Of a stretch of DNA of 37,078 bases, positions 24,927-34,685 are shown one piece after another. Origin of the DNA: a virus (lineage: Duplodnaviria; Caudoviricetes); the IMG/VR virus record IMGVR_UViG_3300005589_000018, positions 1 to 37,078 of that record; one strand, given 5' to 3'. A program made the translations under genes and the position numbers. The notes under the pieces are model-generated. The model did no database searches and was not told the origin of the DNA. It saw only the letters and a list, made by a program, of their open reading frames with translations. Every line of letters begins with the position of its first letter. Within the stretch, counting starts at the first letter, position 1.

Positions 24927-25372
24927 CACGGCCCCCACTCGGTTTGTGTGTAGTTGCTTTCAATGGTCATGGTTACAGGGCCAAGCCGGAAGTATTCAGG
25001 CTCACGCCCATCGCAGTCGAAATGGCCCTTGATGCTCAGCCGCAGATCCCCAGCCGGGGCAAGATGCGGAATGAGCGTAGGAATTGAATAAACCCCGCGC
25101 CCCTCTGGGATTGACGCGGCCTGCACAGGCTCGGACAAGTGGAAGCCGTTCGCCCCCTCCCAAACACGCGAAGAATAGCCGGGGCATGATGTGCGCTTGA
25201 TAATATCCCACTCGATCACAATCTCATCGCCAGCCGACACTTGGCCCGGCGCAATCGCTACCGCGTCAATGATTGGCGGGCTGAATACCGTCTTTGCCGT
25301 TTCGACGCCCTCAATTCCGGCGGAAATGGTAATCAGGCTTGCGGATGCAATGAGGGCTATTTTTGTGTCCAT
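24926..25372 (-). CDS. Exported/membrane-anchored protein with periplasmic beta domain (lysis-associated)
   Basis: Start MDTKIALIAS at 25372; hydrophobic N-terminus; two Cys. Confidence 0.65.
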   Translation of the reverse strand: MDTKIALIASASLITISAGIEGVETAKTVFSPPIIDAVAIAPGQVSAGDEIVIEWDIIKRTSCPGYSSRVWEGANGFHLSEPVQAASIPEGRGVYSIPTLIPHLAPAGDLRLSIKGHFDCDGREPEYFRLGPVTMTIESNYTQTEWGP

Positions 25373-25542
25373 CACTGGCCAGCCCCCCACTTCACAAAAT
25401 CCATGATGCCCTTTGCCACCGCGCCAATAATGGCGAGAACAACCCACTTTTGATTGCCCTCAAGGCTTGATACCCGGCGCTCGATGTCGGCCTGCTTTGT
25501 CTCAGCAACGGCAAGGCGTGTGCGCAAGTCCTCGTCATGCAT
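25372..25542 (-). CDS. XhlA-like coiled-coil + TM protein (56 aa), holin-associated
   Basis: MHDEDLRTRLAVAETKQADIERRVSSLEGNQKWVVLAIIGAVAKGIMDFVKWGAGQ; not in ORF track. Confidence 0.7.
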   Translation of the reverse strand: MHDEDLRTRLAVAETKQADIERRVSSLEGNQKWVVLAIIGAVAKGIMDFVKWGAGQ

Positions 25543-25544
25543 CG

Positions 25545-25778
25545 TCAGCCCCTTTCCGTGCGGTCTTTGATGACGATAATATCGTCACGAACCTGTCTTA
25601 TCGTGGCGCGGTTTTCCTCAAGGATATGGCGAACCGTGCTAATCTGTGACCGCACATCGTCAAGCGCCTCGGGCCTGCTTTCCGCTTTTTGCTGCCGCAT
25701 GAAATAGTAGATCACGACAAGCGCCATTGCCCCCGGTGGACCGACAAGCGGCAATGCCTCTAGGATTACTTTTTCCAT
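25545..25778 (-). CDS. Putative holin (N-terminal TM + coiled coil)
   Basis: 77 aa, in the lysis cassette. Confidence 0.6.
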   Translation of the reverse strand: MEKVILEALPLVGPPGAMALVVIYYFMRQQKAESRPEALDDVRSQISTVRHILEENRATIRQVRDDIIVIKDRTERG

Positions 25779-26182
25779 TCCGACAAAGCCCCCGCGACCA
25801 TAATGAGGTTGATGGGCAGGAAAAACGACGCAGCATAAATGCCGACCGCCGGATCGCCGCCCGTATAAAATGCGCTGTATGAAATGGCGATGTAATTGGC
25901 GATCTGGACCACCCCACCCAAGACCACCAATCGCCTGTGTATCGGATCAATAAGCCCGATCAAGCAAGCGGCTGACGACGCCATGAGGATCATCGCCCAC
26001 ACTGCCGCAGGCCACGCATAGGCAAACTGCCCCCACGCCCCGGCATTGAACGCGCTGCCGTTGCCCATCGTGTCAATCCAGAACACAACGCCGATCCCGA
26101 AAAGCAGCGCATGAAATAGCTGAAATAGAGGGGCATATCGCTCAAGACTGTGCGGCCCTATGATGCGTTCAAGCTGGTGCAT
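25766..26182 (-). CDS. Four-TM membrane protein
   Basis: 138 aa, four hydrophobic segments. Confidence 0.7.
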   Translation of the reverse strand: MHQLERIIGPHSLERYAPLFQLFHALLFGIGVVFWIDTMGNGSAFNAGAWGQFAYAWPAAVWAMILMASSAACLIGLIDPIHRRLVVLGGVVQIANYIAISYSAFYTGGDPAVGIYAASFFLPINLIMVAGALSEWKK

Positions 26183-26508
26183 TATCTCTTATCCCACGCT
26201 TCAAAAGCCAGAAGCGCAGCCCATACGGCATACACCCCTTGCGGCGTCCAGTCTGGCACATACGGCACGGTAACAGCCCCAAATGCTGCCCCTGCCATAA
26301 CGTGCGCCGTGTCCATGATGCTATCGCGCCAGAGCGCCAAACCCTGCCCCGCGACCTCGACAAACACCCAATAGAGCAAAGCGGCCACAAGGACCGCCCA
26401 CCACGCGCTGATCCCCGTCAGGACCACAAAGCCAAGGCCGATTGCGAAATGCCCGGTTTGGTTTGTGACCGCTGAATACGGATCGCCTTTGAAGTCGTCG
26501 GAGTGCAT
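26182..26508 (-). CDS. Multi-pass membrane protein
   Basis: 108 aa, hydrophobic; NQ.GH and DS..D polar motifs; GAGG RBS. Confidence 0.7.
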   Translation of the reverse strand: MHSDDFKGDPYSAVTNQTGHFAIGLGFVVLTGISAWWAVLVAALLYWVFVEVAGQGLALWRDSIMDTAHVMAGAAFGAVTVPYVPDWTPQGVYAVWAALLAFEAWDKR

Positions 26509-26510
26509 GG

Positions 26511-27992
26511 TTAGACCTCGTTATCCTTTTCGGTCAGCGTCACAAGTGCTTGCGCTGTGGTCGTGCCGCTCTTTGATCCGACCGCAAGCCCGCCCTTTGC
26601 AATGTTACGCGCGGCAAGCACATCGGCACTGCCCGCGCTACCAGAGCAAGCAACAAGCGCGTCAGCCCCGGTCAGGATGTTGTCTTTGGCGATAATATCG
26701 GCGGCATTTTGTGGTGCGGCAGACAGGCCAGAATAGCAGATCGGAGCCGTTGGGTATGGACCGCTCACCTCGCCATCTGTGCTAAACACCCACTCGTTAC
26801 CGTCAACAGTCACGTCAGACGCAACGCCATAATCAGCAGCGGAATAGTTCGTGAAAATAGACTTTTGTCGCTGTGATCCAGTCAGCGCGATATGCGACTT
26901 ATTCGTGTGCTTGAAACACCGATTGTTGCGGACCGTGACGCCTCGGCACCCATTGACCGACCCAACGAAACAAGGCCCGTCCATTTCGATCACGGTGTTG
27001 CTTTCGACAATAGTGTGGCCCGGAATTGCCGATGCGTTCTGCCCAAACAACCTAACGCACTGCCCGGTTAGTTTTTGAAAATCATTACCGGAGACGCGGC
27101 GGGCTGCACCAGCGACATCCGTGTCACTCAACAGATATACGACCGCATTAAACTCCGCCGATTCATCACCGCCGAGGAAAATGTTGCGGCTTAAATCAAG
27201 CCCGCGACATGCCGCTGATTTTTCTTTCACAAGATAGCAATCGTCACCAGACGCGAATTTTCCAAAGGTGTTTCCGGTGACAATCGCTGATCCACCCGAC
27301 CAATAGAGCAAAACGCTGTCTGCGTCTGTGGCCACGACATTCTTAATCGTGTTTTCGGTGATGTGGTTTGTATCACGCGACCCGCGCATGACGACACGCG
27401 CCACCGCGTAGACGCCTGAGTAACCGTCACAGTGCACCCCGTCGATGTGATTGCCCGCAAAGAACAACGGAGCGTCGTGCTGTAGTCGATACACATAGCG
27501 CGCAACGTCAGTGACTACGTTGTCCTTGAAATAGGACGCGCCAGAGATCGACGCGGTGCTTTCGAGAATGAGGCCACCGGAAAACCCCGAAAGAATATTT
27601 CTTGAAATGGTAAAGGTTTCCGCGTCAACGCTGCCGGTCAGGAGGTATTCGCAGTCCGTCACGCGGCTATCCGTCAACGAAATATCACCAGCCGCTCCGA
27701 CATTCATGGCGTCTTTGAACCCGGTAACGGTAACGCCTGAAATATCCGTTGGCCCATTACATGAGAGGAAGTCGGACGCACCCGCGCCGAATACCGCAGT
27801 GACATCACGACCTTCCCCCGCAATTCGAAGTGGCCCAGATGGCGGTGACACAACGCCGCCGACAAAGAAATCACCTGCCGGAATGTAAAGCGTTTCACCA
27901 TTCGCCACACAGAAGTTAACCGCGTTTGCGAATGCAGTTTGGTTGTCTGTTGAGCCATCGCCAATAGCGCCGAAATCGGTGATATTCTTCAC
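26511..27992 (-). CDS. Tailspike/depolymerase, pectate-lyase-like beta-helix
   Basis: Starts with NITDFGAIGDGSTDNQTAF...LYIPAG; repeated xxGN/xxNxx rungs. Confidence 0.85.
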   Translation of the reverse strand: MKNITDFGAIGDGSTDNQTAFANAVNFCVANGETLYIPAGDFFVGGVVSPPSGPLRIAGEGRDVTAVFGAGASDFLSCNGPTDISGVTVTGFKDAMNVGAAGDISLTDSRVTDCEYLLTGSVDAETFTISRNILSGFSGGLILESTASISGASYFKDNVVTDVARYVYRLQHDAPLFFAGNHIDGVHCDGYSGVYAVARVVMRGSRDTNHITENTIKNVVATDADSVLLYWSGGSAIVTGNTFGKFASGDDCYLVKEKSAACRGLDLSRNIFLGGDESAEFNAVVYLLSDTDVAGAARRVSGNDFQKLTGQCVRLFGQNASAIPGHTIVESNTVIEMDGPCFVGSVNGCRGVTVRNNRCFKHTNKSHIALTGSQRQKSIFTNYSAADYGVASDVTVDGNEWVFSTDGEVSGPYPTAPICYSGLSAAPQNAADIIAKDNILTGADALVACSGSAGSADVLAARNIAKGGLAVGSKSGTTTAQALVTLTEKDNEV

Positions 27993-28768
27993 AGCGCAAC
28001 CCCCGTCTTGCGGGCCATGAATGCCTCGGCTCGGGCCAGCTCATCATCACTAATCGCGCGGTGCACATAGACGCCGCCGTAGAAGTTCATTTCAGCATGG
28101 GCGGAGCCGGGATTGCGGCCACCGATACGTATGCCGTAGGAGGACAGGTCCATTTCCTGAGCGCCCGACCCGGCCCATGCCATTGAGGATTGATTGCTCT
28201 GTGCAAGGAAGTCGTCAACTCCCGGACCAACGCGAGCGGATGACACTTGCGCAGTGTCGTTTAGATCGCCCGTCGCGCTTATTGTCGTTCCAGTCTGCGG
28301 TTGACGGATAAACCGTGCGCGCCCAAAAGATGAGTAAAGCGAAAACTGCCCTGTGGTCGTAATGCCAGGACCAAAAACATACGGACCGTTTTGCGCTGCG
28401 GCTGTCATCACATACCCGACGACCATAGTCGCGAATGTGTGGTTTGCGGCAGACGCTACGACAAGAATGTCATCCACCCCGTCGAACTCAAGCCAGTGAT
28501 AACCGAAAGCCGTTCGGTAGGTCGGGCGCGAGGCAGAGACCGCTTGAGAGGCGTGGTATCCGTTGCCGCTCGTGTCCAGCATCAACCCAACAGGATCGCC
28601 ATCCGCCGTGACAGGCACCGCCCCCGCCGCGTCCTGAAACAGCGTCGAGAGGTCGCTCGGGTCATACCACGCGCCCGCCTCGCCGTTGGCAAAGAGGAAG
28701 CGGAGGCCGGTTGACGCAACGCCAAACGGTGACGCAAACCCATCAAGAGGGGAAACAATCTGCCTCAT
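27989..28768 (-). CDS. Virion fibre protein with ConA/LamG-like domain
   Basis: GAWYDPSDLSTLFQD, D.SGNG.HA.Q, RP.Y, FDGVDD motifs. Confidence 0.7.
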   Translation of the reverse strand: MRQIVSPLDGFASPFGVASTGLRFLFANGEAGAWYDPSDLSTLFQDAAGAVPVTADGDPVGLMLDTSGNGYHASQAVSASRPTYRTAFGYHWLEFDGVDDILVVASAANHTFATMVVGYVMTAAAQNGPYVFGPGITTTGQFSLYSSFGRARFIRQPQTGTTISATGDLNDTAQVSSARVGPGVDDFLAQSNQSSMAWAGSGAQEMDLSSYGIRIGGRNPGSAHAEMNFYGGVYVHRAISDDELARAEAFMARKTGVAL

Positions 28769-28772
28769 GTCG

Positions 28773-29066
28773 TCACCCGTGGCTCACCATCACGTCAACC
28801 GATTGGTCGCTGTATGCGTAAACGCGAGCCGCCGAAATGCCGGGGAAAAGATCGGAAAGCGATACGTTTCGCTCACCTTGGCCCGGATTGTAGCGGATTG
28901 CCCCGAGCGCATCGGTTGGCGCTGTTGCGCTTGCCGTGCCCTTAACCAAAACGTGATAGCCGCCAGTGTTTTGGAACGTGATGCTCGAAATGTCCGCGTC
29001 GGTTAGCTGCGTCCATGCGCCTGCGGTGAGTGAGATAGTTGTGTTTTGCGCCATATCGGCCCCCAT
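28773..29066 (-). CDS. Small beta-rich virion protein (possible spike base)
   Basis: 93-97 aa; precedes the fibre gene; start 29054 or 29066. Confidence 0.65.
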   Translation of the reverse strand: MGADMAQNTTISLTAGAWTQLTDADISSITFQNTGGYHVLVKGTASATAPTDALGAIRYNPGQGERNVSLSDLFPGISAARVYAYSDQSVDVMVSHG

Positions 29067-29113
29067 TCATTTGTGGTCGTCTAAACATACCATGCGACCG
29101 CCATTTAGTCACG

Positions 29114-29746
29114 TCACACAATCATCCTGCGCCGGTATAGGCGCATTACGCCGCTGTCTATGTTCGCGTAGTTTGTCGTTCCCGGCTCGCGCATCCTAAC
29201 GCGCACCTTGCCGATCTTCTGCGCCGTGCCGGAATACACGCCGCCAGACAGGATTGCAAATTCGCCGCCAGCGCCCGCGTCATACCGCTGAGGCCCGCTA
29301 AGCAAGTGGACATTTTCGATCAACCGAGGGGCATGTGCCACAACGTCAAAATCAACCGTGTTTGCTGATTGACACGCCTCGCCCTCAACAGCATCCGAGT
29401 AGCTTGCCGATGTTGCTAAATACATCTGCAATACAGGCGCGTGATCGGTAGCGCCCCCATTGTGCGACACGTCTGACGCAACAACGCGATACTCATAGCC
29501 ATCCTCAAAATCAGGCGTTTCAACCGACGAAACACTGCCGTCAACAGAATGATCGTAAAATACCCCGTCAGCACCATCGCCTACGTTAGCCGCGTCATAT
29601 GGATGCCAGCTTGCTTGATTGATTGGCGCGTCAGTTGAGCCTTCTGCAATTGCCGTTGGATTGTTGGCAAGCGCGCCGATAAGGGTTGCCGTCACCGGGC
29701 TATCGGCATCCGTTTCGGTTGTAGCGATTGATCTGTAAGTGGTCAT
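29114..29746 (-). CDS. Minor tail/fibre protein
   Basis: 210 aa after the tail tip gene; N-terminal D.DSPVT..L..AL.NNP.AIAEG. Confidence 0.7.
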   Translation of the reverse strand: MTTYRSIATTETDADSPVTATLIGALANNPTAIAEGSTDAPINQASWHPYDAANVGDGADGVFYDHSVDGSVSSVETPDFEDGYEYRVVASDVSHNGGATDHAPVLQMYLATSASYSDAVEGEACQSANTVDFDVVAHAPRLIENVHLLSGPQRYDAGAGGEFAILSGGVYSGTAQKIGKVRVRMREPGTTNYANIDSGVMRLYRRRMIV

Positions 29747-29755
29747 TTTTACCCC

Positions 29756-32056
29756 CTAAAACATGATATACGCAGATGAGCCATCGGAAAACGTCAGGGT
29801 ATCATCAACGATATATGTGCCTTTTAGCTTTTCTTCGGCAGTTGCGCTGCCATAATCAGTGCGTGTGTTTTCTGTGATGAACCCATAGCGCCCCGTGAAT
29901 GAGTAGCTTTGCGCCCTTACTTCCAAGCGATGCCCGGCCTGCTTTTCCTCAATGGACATAACCTGCATCTGCACGCCAGAACCCAATCCGGTCTCGTCCT
30001 GCAAAACGCGAGTGCTAACCGTAATCGGTGCGCCCAATGCCAGATTAGACACATCCTTTGCATCGCAATCAAATTTCAGCCGCTTTGGCGTGGTGGCAAA
30101 TCGACTTAACATTCTCTGAGATACGGGCTGCGCAATCGTATCATCCCCGCCAAGACCGAGCCATCGAGACCGGATCACGTGATACCGCTGCACCGAATAA
30201 GGCAGAGCCGAAGACACGGCATAGGCCCGAGAATAATTCTCACTATCACTAACGCTTTCCGCGTAGTTAATAACGCCGTGCTCAAAGATAATGCTTGATA
30301 TGCGCTTGTCCGTCATATCCTCGACGGTCAATGATCTTTCCAAGAATGTCGCGTTATCACTAAGCGATGCTGCGACTTCACCTTGATTAAGCGGGCGATT
30401 GGCGCGAAAACCGATCTCTTGCTCAACGTCGTCCCAATAGAACATGACGCCAAAGTCGCCAAGCTCACCCATCAGCTTTGAAACGCCTGTAGGCTCCGAA
30501 ATGACGGTCGTCAGATTAAACCCGGAAAGCCAAACACCAGCCTCAGTCTGCCAATCCGTCAAGGGGAGAAAGTCAGTATTGATCCCCGCATAATTCGCCA
30601 ACAGATCATATGCCACATCCGCAATAGGCTCATTCTCAACGACAAAGCAATCTTGGAACGTGTCGCCAGCATCGTGTGATGACGCTTCACTACCCCAAAG
30701 CGCCCGCGCCGTAATCGTGATTGTATCACCAGATCGCGTGTAGGTGACAATCTCAGACCCGATCCGCGCCGTTCCGCTTGAAGGGTATTCCGCACCAATA
30801 TTCTCCGGCAAAAGACCGAAGGAAGGCAATCCGCTTTCATCAATGTCAGTTTCCAGTGATCCGCCGCTAGGTGACGGGCATTTCGCCTTGTCATTGTCGG
30901 CAAGGTCAAGAATATCCTTAGCGGTGATTGTGACGCTATCACCAGCACCCGGCCCGGATATTTCATCAACAACGTAGTGCCGAGCGCGCATGGCAGAAAT
31001 GGACTGCCCCACTTCCCCCTCAAGAACACGAATAGCCGCCCCGACATAATAGGGCCACCTAGCCTGCATCTTGCCCCAATGCGTGCCCCTGCTAAGAGGA
31101 TCATACCCGCCCTCGTCGGTTTGCGCGGTGCCGCTTTTGCGCTCCGCTTGATACTTATCAAGCCAAATATCGCTATCCTGCGCGTCGCCCAGCTTTATTG
31201 CCACTCGTGCCCGCTTGCCTAGAGGACCAGTCTCATTCCCTGCGCCGCCAAGCGACACCCATGCCGGATTTGTGCTAACAGACCGCAGCAATGGATACAC
31301 ACGCTCTGAGCGCGGCAGTCCGTTTTGCTGCTTGGAATACCTAAGCGTCTTTATGTTATCCGGCGTGACTGGTTCAAAGATTGCGCTATCAAACACCCGT
31401 GCGCCGTAAATCGTGCCGCTATAGTCGGTGGCATCTTCATCCGTGCATGTCGTGACGACTACAGTGCCTAGACCGCCGTTTTGCGAACCAGACCATTCCC
31501 CACTTGGAAATGCCCCAACCGCCGCATTCGTGCCAAGCGTGACAACCTCATTTACAAACGCCTCACGCCAATAAAGCGCAACGGAATTTGCCGACACATC
31601 AACAGCACCATAAAGCGTCCCAATCTTGCCCTCATAGTCAGAGACATCAACGGACACTTTGGCGCAATTTGATGGATGACCGGTGCCACCATCGCCCGCC
31701 CTAAACACGAGATTGCCGCTTGTGACGCCAAGGTATAGGCCAGTCACGAACGCGCCCAATTCCATTATGCACCCGGAAGGACCGGACGGGAAAGACAGAT
31801 CAACAGCAAAGAAAAAGTCTGCGTTTATGGCAAAATCAGCATTTGTCAGCGTGTCGCCTTGGTCATATGACCGATCCGGCCCACCAGTCGGCTCCGCAGG
31901 TGCGCCAAAATGAATTGGCGACTGGCATGACTTGCGCATATTGTAGCACTTGCGGGGGTAGTCGCCACCAAGTGCCGCAGGGCATGGGCTTGTGCCATAT
32001 GTCAGGTTGCAATATGGAACATCAACCTCAACGATCTGTAGCGTCTCACGTGTCAT
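29756..32056 (-). CDS. Tail tip/hub protein with inserted lectin-like domain
   Basis: 766 aa; Cys-rich N-terminus (C.LTYG..PC...KCYN...C); IGSEIV.Y, R...G..A..H motifs; position after the Dit-like gene. Confidence 0.75.
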   Translation of the reverse strand: MTRETLQIVEVDVPYCNLTYGTSPCPAALGGDYPRKCYNMRKSCQSPIHFGAPAEPTGGPDRSYDQGDTLTNADFAINADFFFAVDLSFPSGPSGCIMELGAFVTGLYLGVTSGNLVFRAGDGGTGHPSNCAKVSVDVSDYEGKIGTLYGAVDVSANSVALYWREAFVNEVVTLGTNAAVGAFPSGEWSGSQNGGLGTVVVTTCTDEDATDYSGTIYGARVFDSAIFEPVTPDNIKTLRYSKQQNGLPRSERVYPLLRSVSTNPAWVSLGGAGNETGPLGKRARVAIKLGDAQDSDIWLDKYQAERKSGTAQTDEGGYDPLSRGTHWGKMQARWPYYVGAAIRVLEGEVGQSISAMRARHYVVDEISGPGAGDSVTITAKDILDLADNDKAKCPSPSGGSLETDIDESGLPSFGLLPENIGAEYPSSGTARIGSEIVTYTRSGDTITITARALWGSEASSHDAGDTFQDCFVVENEPIADVAYDLLANYAGINTDFLPLTDWQTEAGVWLSGFNLTTVISEPTGVSKLMGELGDFGVMFYWDDVEQEIGFRANRPLNQGEVAASLSDNATFLERSLTVEDMTDKRISSIIFEHGVINYAESVSDSENYSRAYAVSSALPYSVQRYHVIRSRWLGLGGDDTIAQPVSQRMLSRFATTPKRLKFDCDAKDVSNLALGAPITVSTRVLQDETGLGSGVQMQVMSIEEKQAGHRLEVRAQSYSFTGRYGFITENTRTDYGSATAEEKLKGTYIVDDTLTFSDGSSAYIMF

Positions 32057-32879
32057 CGTATAGCCTCATCTGCATATCAAATGACATAAGGTCTTTCACG
32101 CCCATGTTAGTCGGCGCAATCGTATTGCCAGACCGCCACGCATAGAACAAATCGCCGTATTTCGTCGGACGCCACGCCCAAAAGAACGCGCCGCCATTGT
32201 TGAAGTGGCGCTGAAACGCCTTCCATGTCGCACCGCGCAAAAACGCAGGATCAATGTGCGATAGACTTGCTTGCGCAGATGATCCGGCGCGCACCGCCGC
32301 CACATTCACAAAGTGACCGCCCTCGGTAATGTTCGACGCCATCTCAACGTTCGTTTGCGTGATTGGTGGCGTGTATCCCGAATAGATACGCTGACCAATA
32401 GTGATAGCCGTTGAAAACAGCGCAACACCGATTTCAACATCACTCGACCCAGCATTGGTCACGCGGATACGCCAATAATCCGCAATTGTCGCATCGAAGT
32501 AGAAACCAACAGCCTGATTGTCTGACGGGCTAACCGACCCCGATCCGCAATCATTCCAAGTGCCACCGCTATTGACCGAATACTGAATTTCAACGTCCGC
32601 GCCGATATCGCCAAGGTTATGCGCGGCGATGGCTACAAAGTTGAGCGATTGCGGCGACGAAAGCACAAGCTGCAATATCGCCGTGCCGGTATCCGGCGTT
32701 GCAATCCAAGGGTCATACGTGGATGATGTCCCGGCGAGCGCCGCCGCCTCAACCTCTGTTCCCGTCGCCGTGGTTAGCGTGCCATCATCCGCCGCATTGT
32801 CCCAAGCGATGAGTGGGTTGTTTGACGTGCCAGCCGACGAAAGAGCCGCCGCAACGGTGCTATCAATCGCAATCGTCAT
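32046..32879 (-). CDS. Distal tail protein with discoidin-like insert
   Basis: Directly after TMP; AIAAHNL, YWRI motifs. Confidence 0.7.
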   Translation of the reverse strand: MTIAIDSTVAAALSSAGTSNNPLIAWDNAADDGTLTTATGTEVEAAALAGTSSTYDPWIATPDTGTAILQLVLSSPQSLNFVAIAAHNLGDIGADVEIQYSVNSGGTWNDCGSGSVSPSDNQAVGFYFDATIADYWRIRVTNAGSSDVEIGVALFSTAITIGQRIYSGYTPPITQTNVEMASNITEGGHFVNVAAVRAGSSAQASLSHIDPAFLRGATWKAFQRHFNNGGAFFWAWRPTKYGDLFYAWRSGNTIAPTNMGVKDLMSFDMQMRLYDDT

Positions 32880-34432
32880 ACGAACGCAATCCCCCTATCA
32901 CCAGCCTCATCCTGCAATTTGTCCAGAAGACCGGAAACAAATTTACCAGAGAACAAAGCATCGTCATCAAGACCAGATACGCTAACCTGCATCGGTGATG
33001 GGGCTGCGGATGCAGCCGCGCCACCCGATGCAGTGCCACCAGCCGATCCGCCGCCGCCAGACGATGTGACGCTCTTGATTGAGCTAACCGCACCCAAACC
33101 AGCCGCAAGAACCTGCGCAGCCAACGCAAGCCGCGTCCAAGGTGCCATCGGCACAGGCGAATTGAGCGCCTTGTTATACGCGCCCCAAGCGTCGATCAAA
33201 GCCTGCGCCGCAGTGAACGTCTTAGCAATCGCCATGACTTTCTTGCTGCTTGTGCCGGTCAATGTCACAAGGTTATTGAAGTAGTCACCCCATGCGCCAA
33301 GCTTGTCGGACAACGTGCCAACGGTCAAAGCACGCACCCGGTCAAGATGCTCTTTGATCCGCTCATATTGGCCTTCCAACTTCTTATCAAGTTTACCCTT
33401 GCCGTCCTCATCATCATCACCGCCAAGCCCAAGGATGCCATCAAGCGTCAAGCCCTCGTCTTTCATATTGGCCAGCAATTCGCGGATTTTTGTGATGCTT
33501 TCGTATGGCTTTGCCAACTCTTCTTCGAGCGTGGCCTTGGTCCCCATCAAGCCTTCAAGCTGATCATTTAGAGCGCCCATTGTCTCAGCCATAGCCGCTT
33601 GCGCCGCAGCCTCGTTGCCACCCTCAAACCCAAAGAAAGCAGGAGCCTTTTCCGCGATGCCGTCAAGGAACCGACCAAACGCAATTTGCATTTTGCCAAG
33701 CCCGGTTGACCACGCGAATTGAATTTCGTTGATGACGATTTGGAAGTTGGTTTTAAGGAGCATGACGTTTTTGCTTAGACGCTCAAACGCCTCTTTGCCC
33801 ACATCCCAAACAAGACCTATCGCATTTCCGAAACCACCAGCAGCGCGCACCAAGCGGGAGAACTGATACACCAACTCACCAGCCGCCACGACAAGCGCGC
33901 CGATACCAGTGCGGATAAGCGCACCACGAAGGAACGTCATCGCCCCTGCAAGGCTCATAGTTGCGATGCGCGCGGCAACAAACCCGGCAACGAACTTGCC
34001 CGCGAACAGGGTTGCCCCGGTCGCAGCAATCGCAATGATGCGCTCAAGATTGGCGTTTAGGAAGTCCATCGCCTGCGCCAAGCCCTCACTCACAAACGTG
34101 ATATTGGCAAGCGATCCGGCCAGAGGAACGGCGATAGCGACGGTTGCGCCCATGACCGCGCCAAGGACGCCAAACCCGCCGAGAAGCTGGGGAAGCTGCA
34201 TGGCAAGTGCGCGACTTGCGCTTGTTCCTGCCCCGACCTGAACCGCAAAGTCACCAACCTGAAACGCGGCGTTTTGAATGCCCCTTCCCATCGCCGCTGA
34301 TCGTGCGTCAACATTCCGAACCGCCGCGCCCATGCGCTTTGCCGACTTGGTTACACGGTCGAAACCGCGCTCCGCGTCAACAACGCCGCTCGTGTCGGAC
34401 CTAATGTCAATCTCAATGGGTGGTAGCGCCAT
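32876..34432 (-). CDS. Tail tape measure protein
   Basis: 518 aa, A/G-rich; QVGDFAVQV..G.....AL..QLPQLLG (lambda-type TMP N-terminus); LIRTGIGALVV. Confidence 0.92.
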   Translation of the reverse strand: MALPPIEIDIRSDTSGVVDAERGFDRVTKSAKRMGAAVRNVDARSAAMGRGIQNAAFQVGDFAVQVGAGTSASRALAMQLPQLLGGFGVLGAVMGATVAIAVPLAGSLANITFVSEGLAQAMDFLNANLERIIAIAATGATLFAGKFVAGFVAARIATMSLAGAMTFLRGALIRTGIGALVVAAGELVYQFSRLVRAAGGFGNAIGLVWDVGKEAFERLSKNVMLLKTNFQIVINEIQFAWSTGLGKMQIAFGRFLDGIAEKAPAFFGFEGGNEAAAQAAMAETMGALNDQLEGLMGTKATLEEELAKPYESITKIRELLANMKDEGLTLDGILGLGGDDDEDGKGKLDKKLEGQYERIKEHLDRVRALTVGTLSDKLGAWGDYFNNLVTLTGTSSKKVMAIAKTFTAAQALIDAWGAYNKALNSPVPMAPWTRLALAAQVLAAGLGAVSSIKSVTSSGGGGSAGGTASGGAAASAAPSPMQVSVSGLDDDALFSGKFVSGLLDKLQDEAGDRGIAFV

Positions 34433-34441
34433 TTTCTGCCC

Positions 34442-34685
34442 CTATTTCCGACCGTGCAATTCCCACCACTCATCATCTGTCAGGTCGGCTTGCTTGGCCC
34501 ATTCTTTCCGCGCTTCCTCTTTCGGGTCTCGCGTGAAGTGATTGTATATTTCAACCCACTCCGGCAAGGTCATTTCCCAAAACTCGCTTGGCGCTATGCC
34601 CCAGCTAACCGATAGCTGAAACATTACTGTCCAATTTAGCCCTTTTTCTTCTGCCCCTTCTTCTTTGGGGCTTGGGCTTTTTTTT
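34442..34685 (-). CDS. Tail assembly chaperone C-terminal (gpT-like) frame, reached by -1 frameshift
   Basis: -1 frame is open from the A8 run (34685-34678) to the stop at 34442; WGIAPSEFWEMT..E motif. Confidence 0.8.

Noticed and set aside
24276-24953. 225-aa plus-strand ORF and neighbouring plus-strand ORFs at 23541-24585
   Set aside because: Antisense to endolysin/spanins or Arg/Pro-rich without RBS; typical GC-rich shadow ORFs
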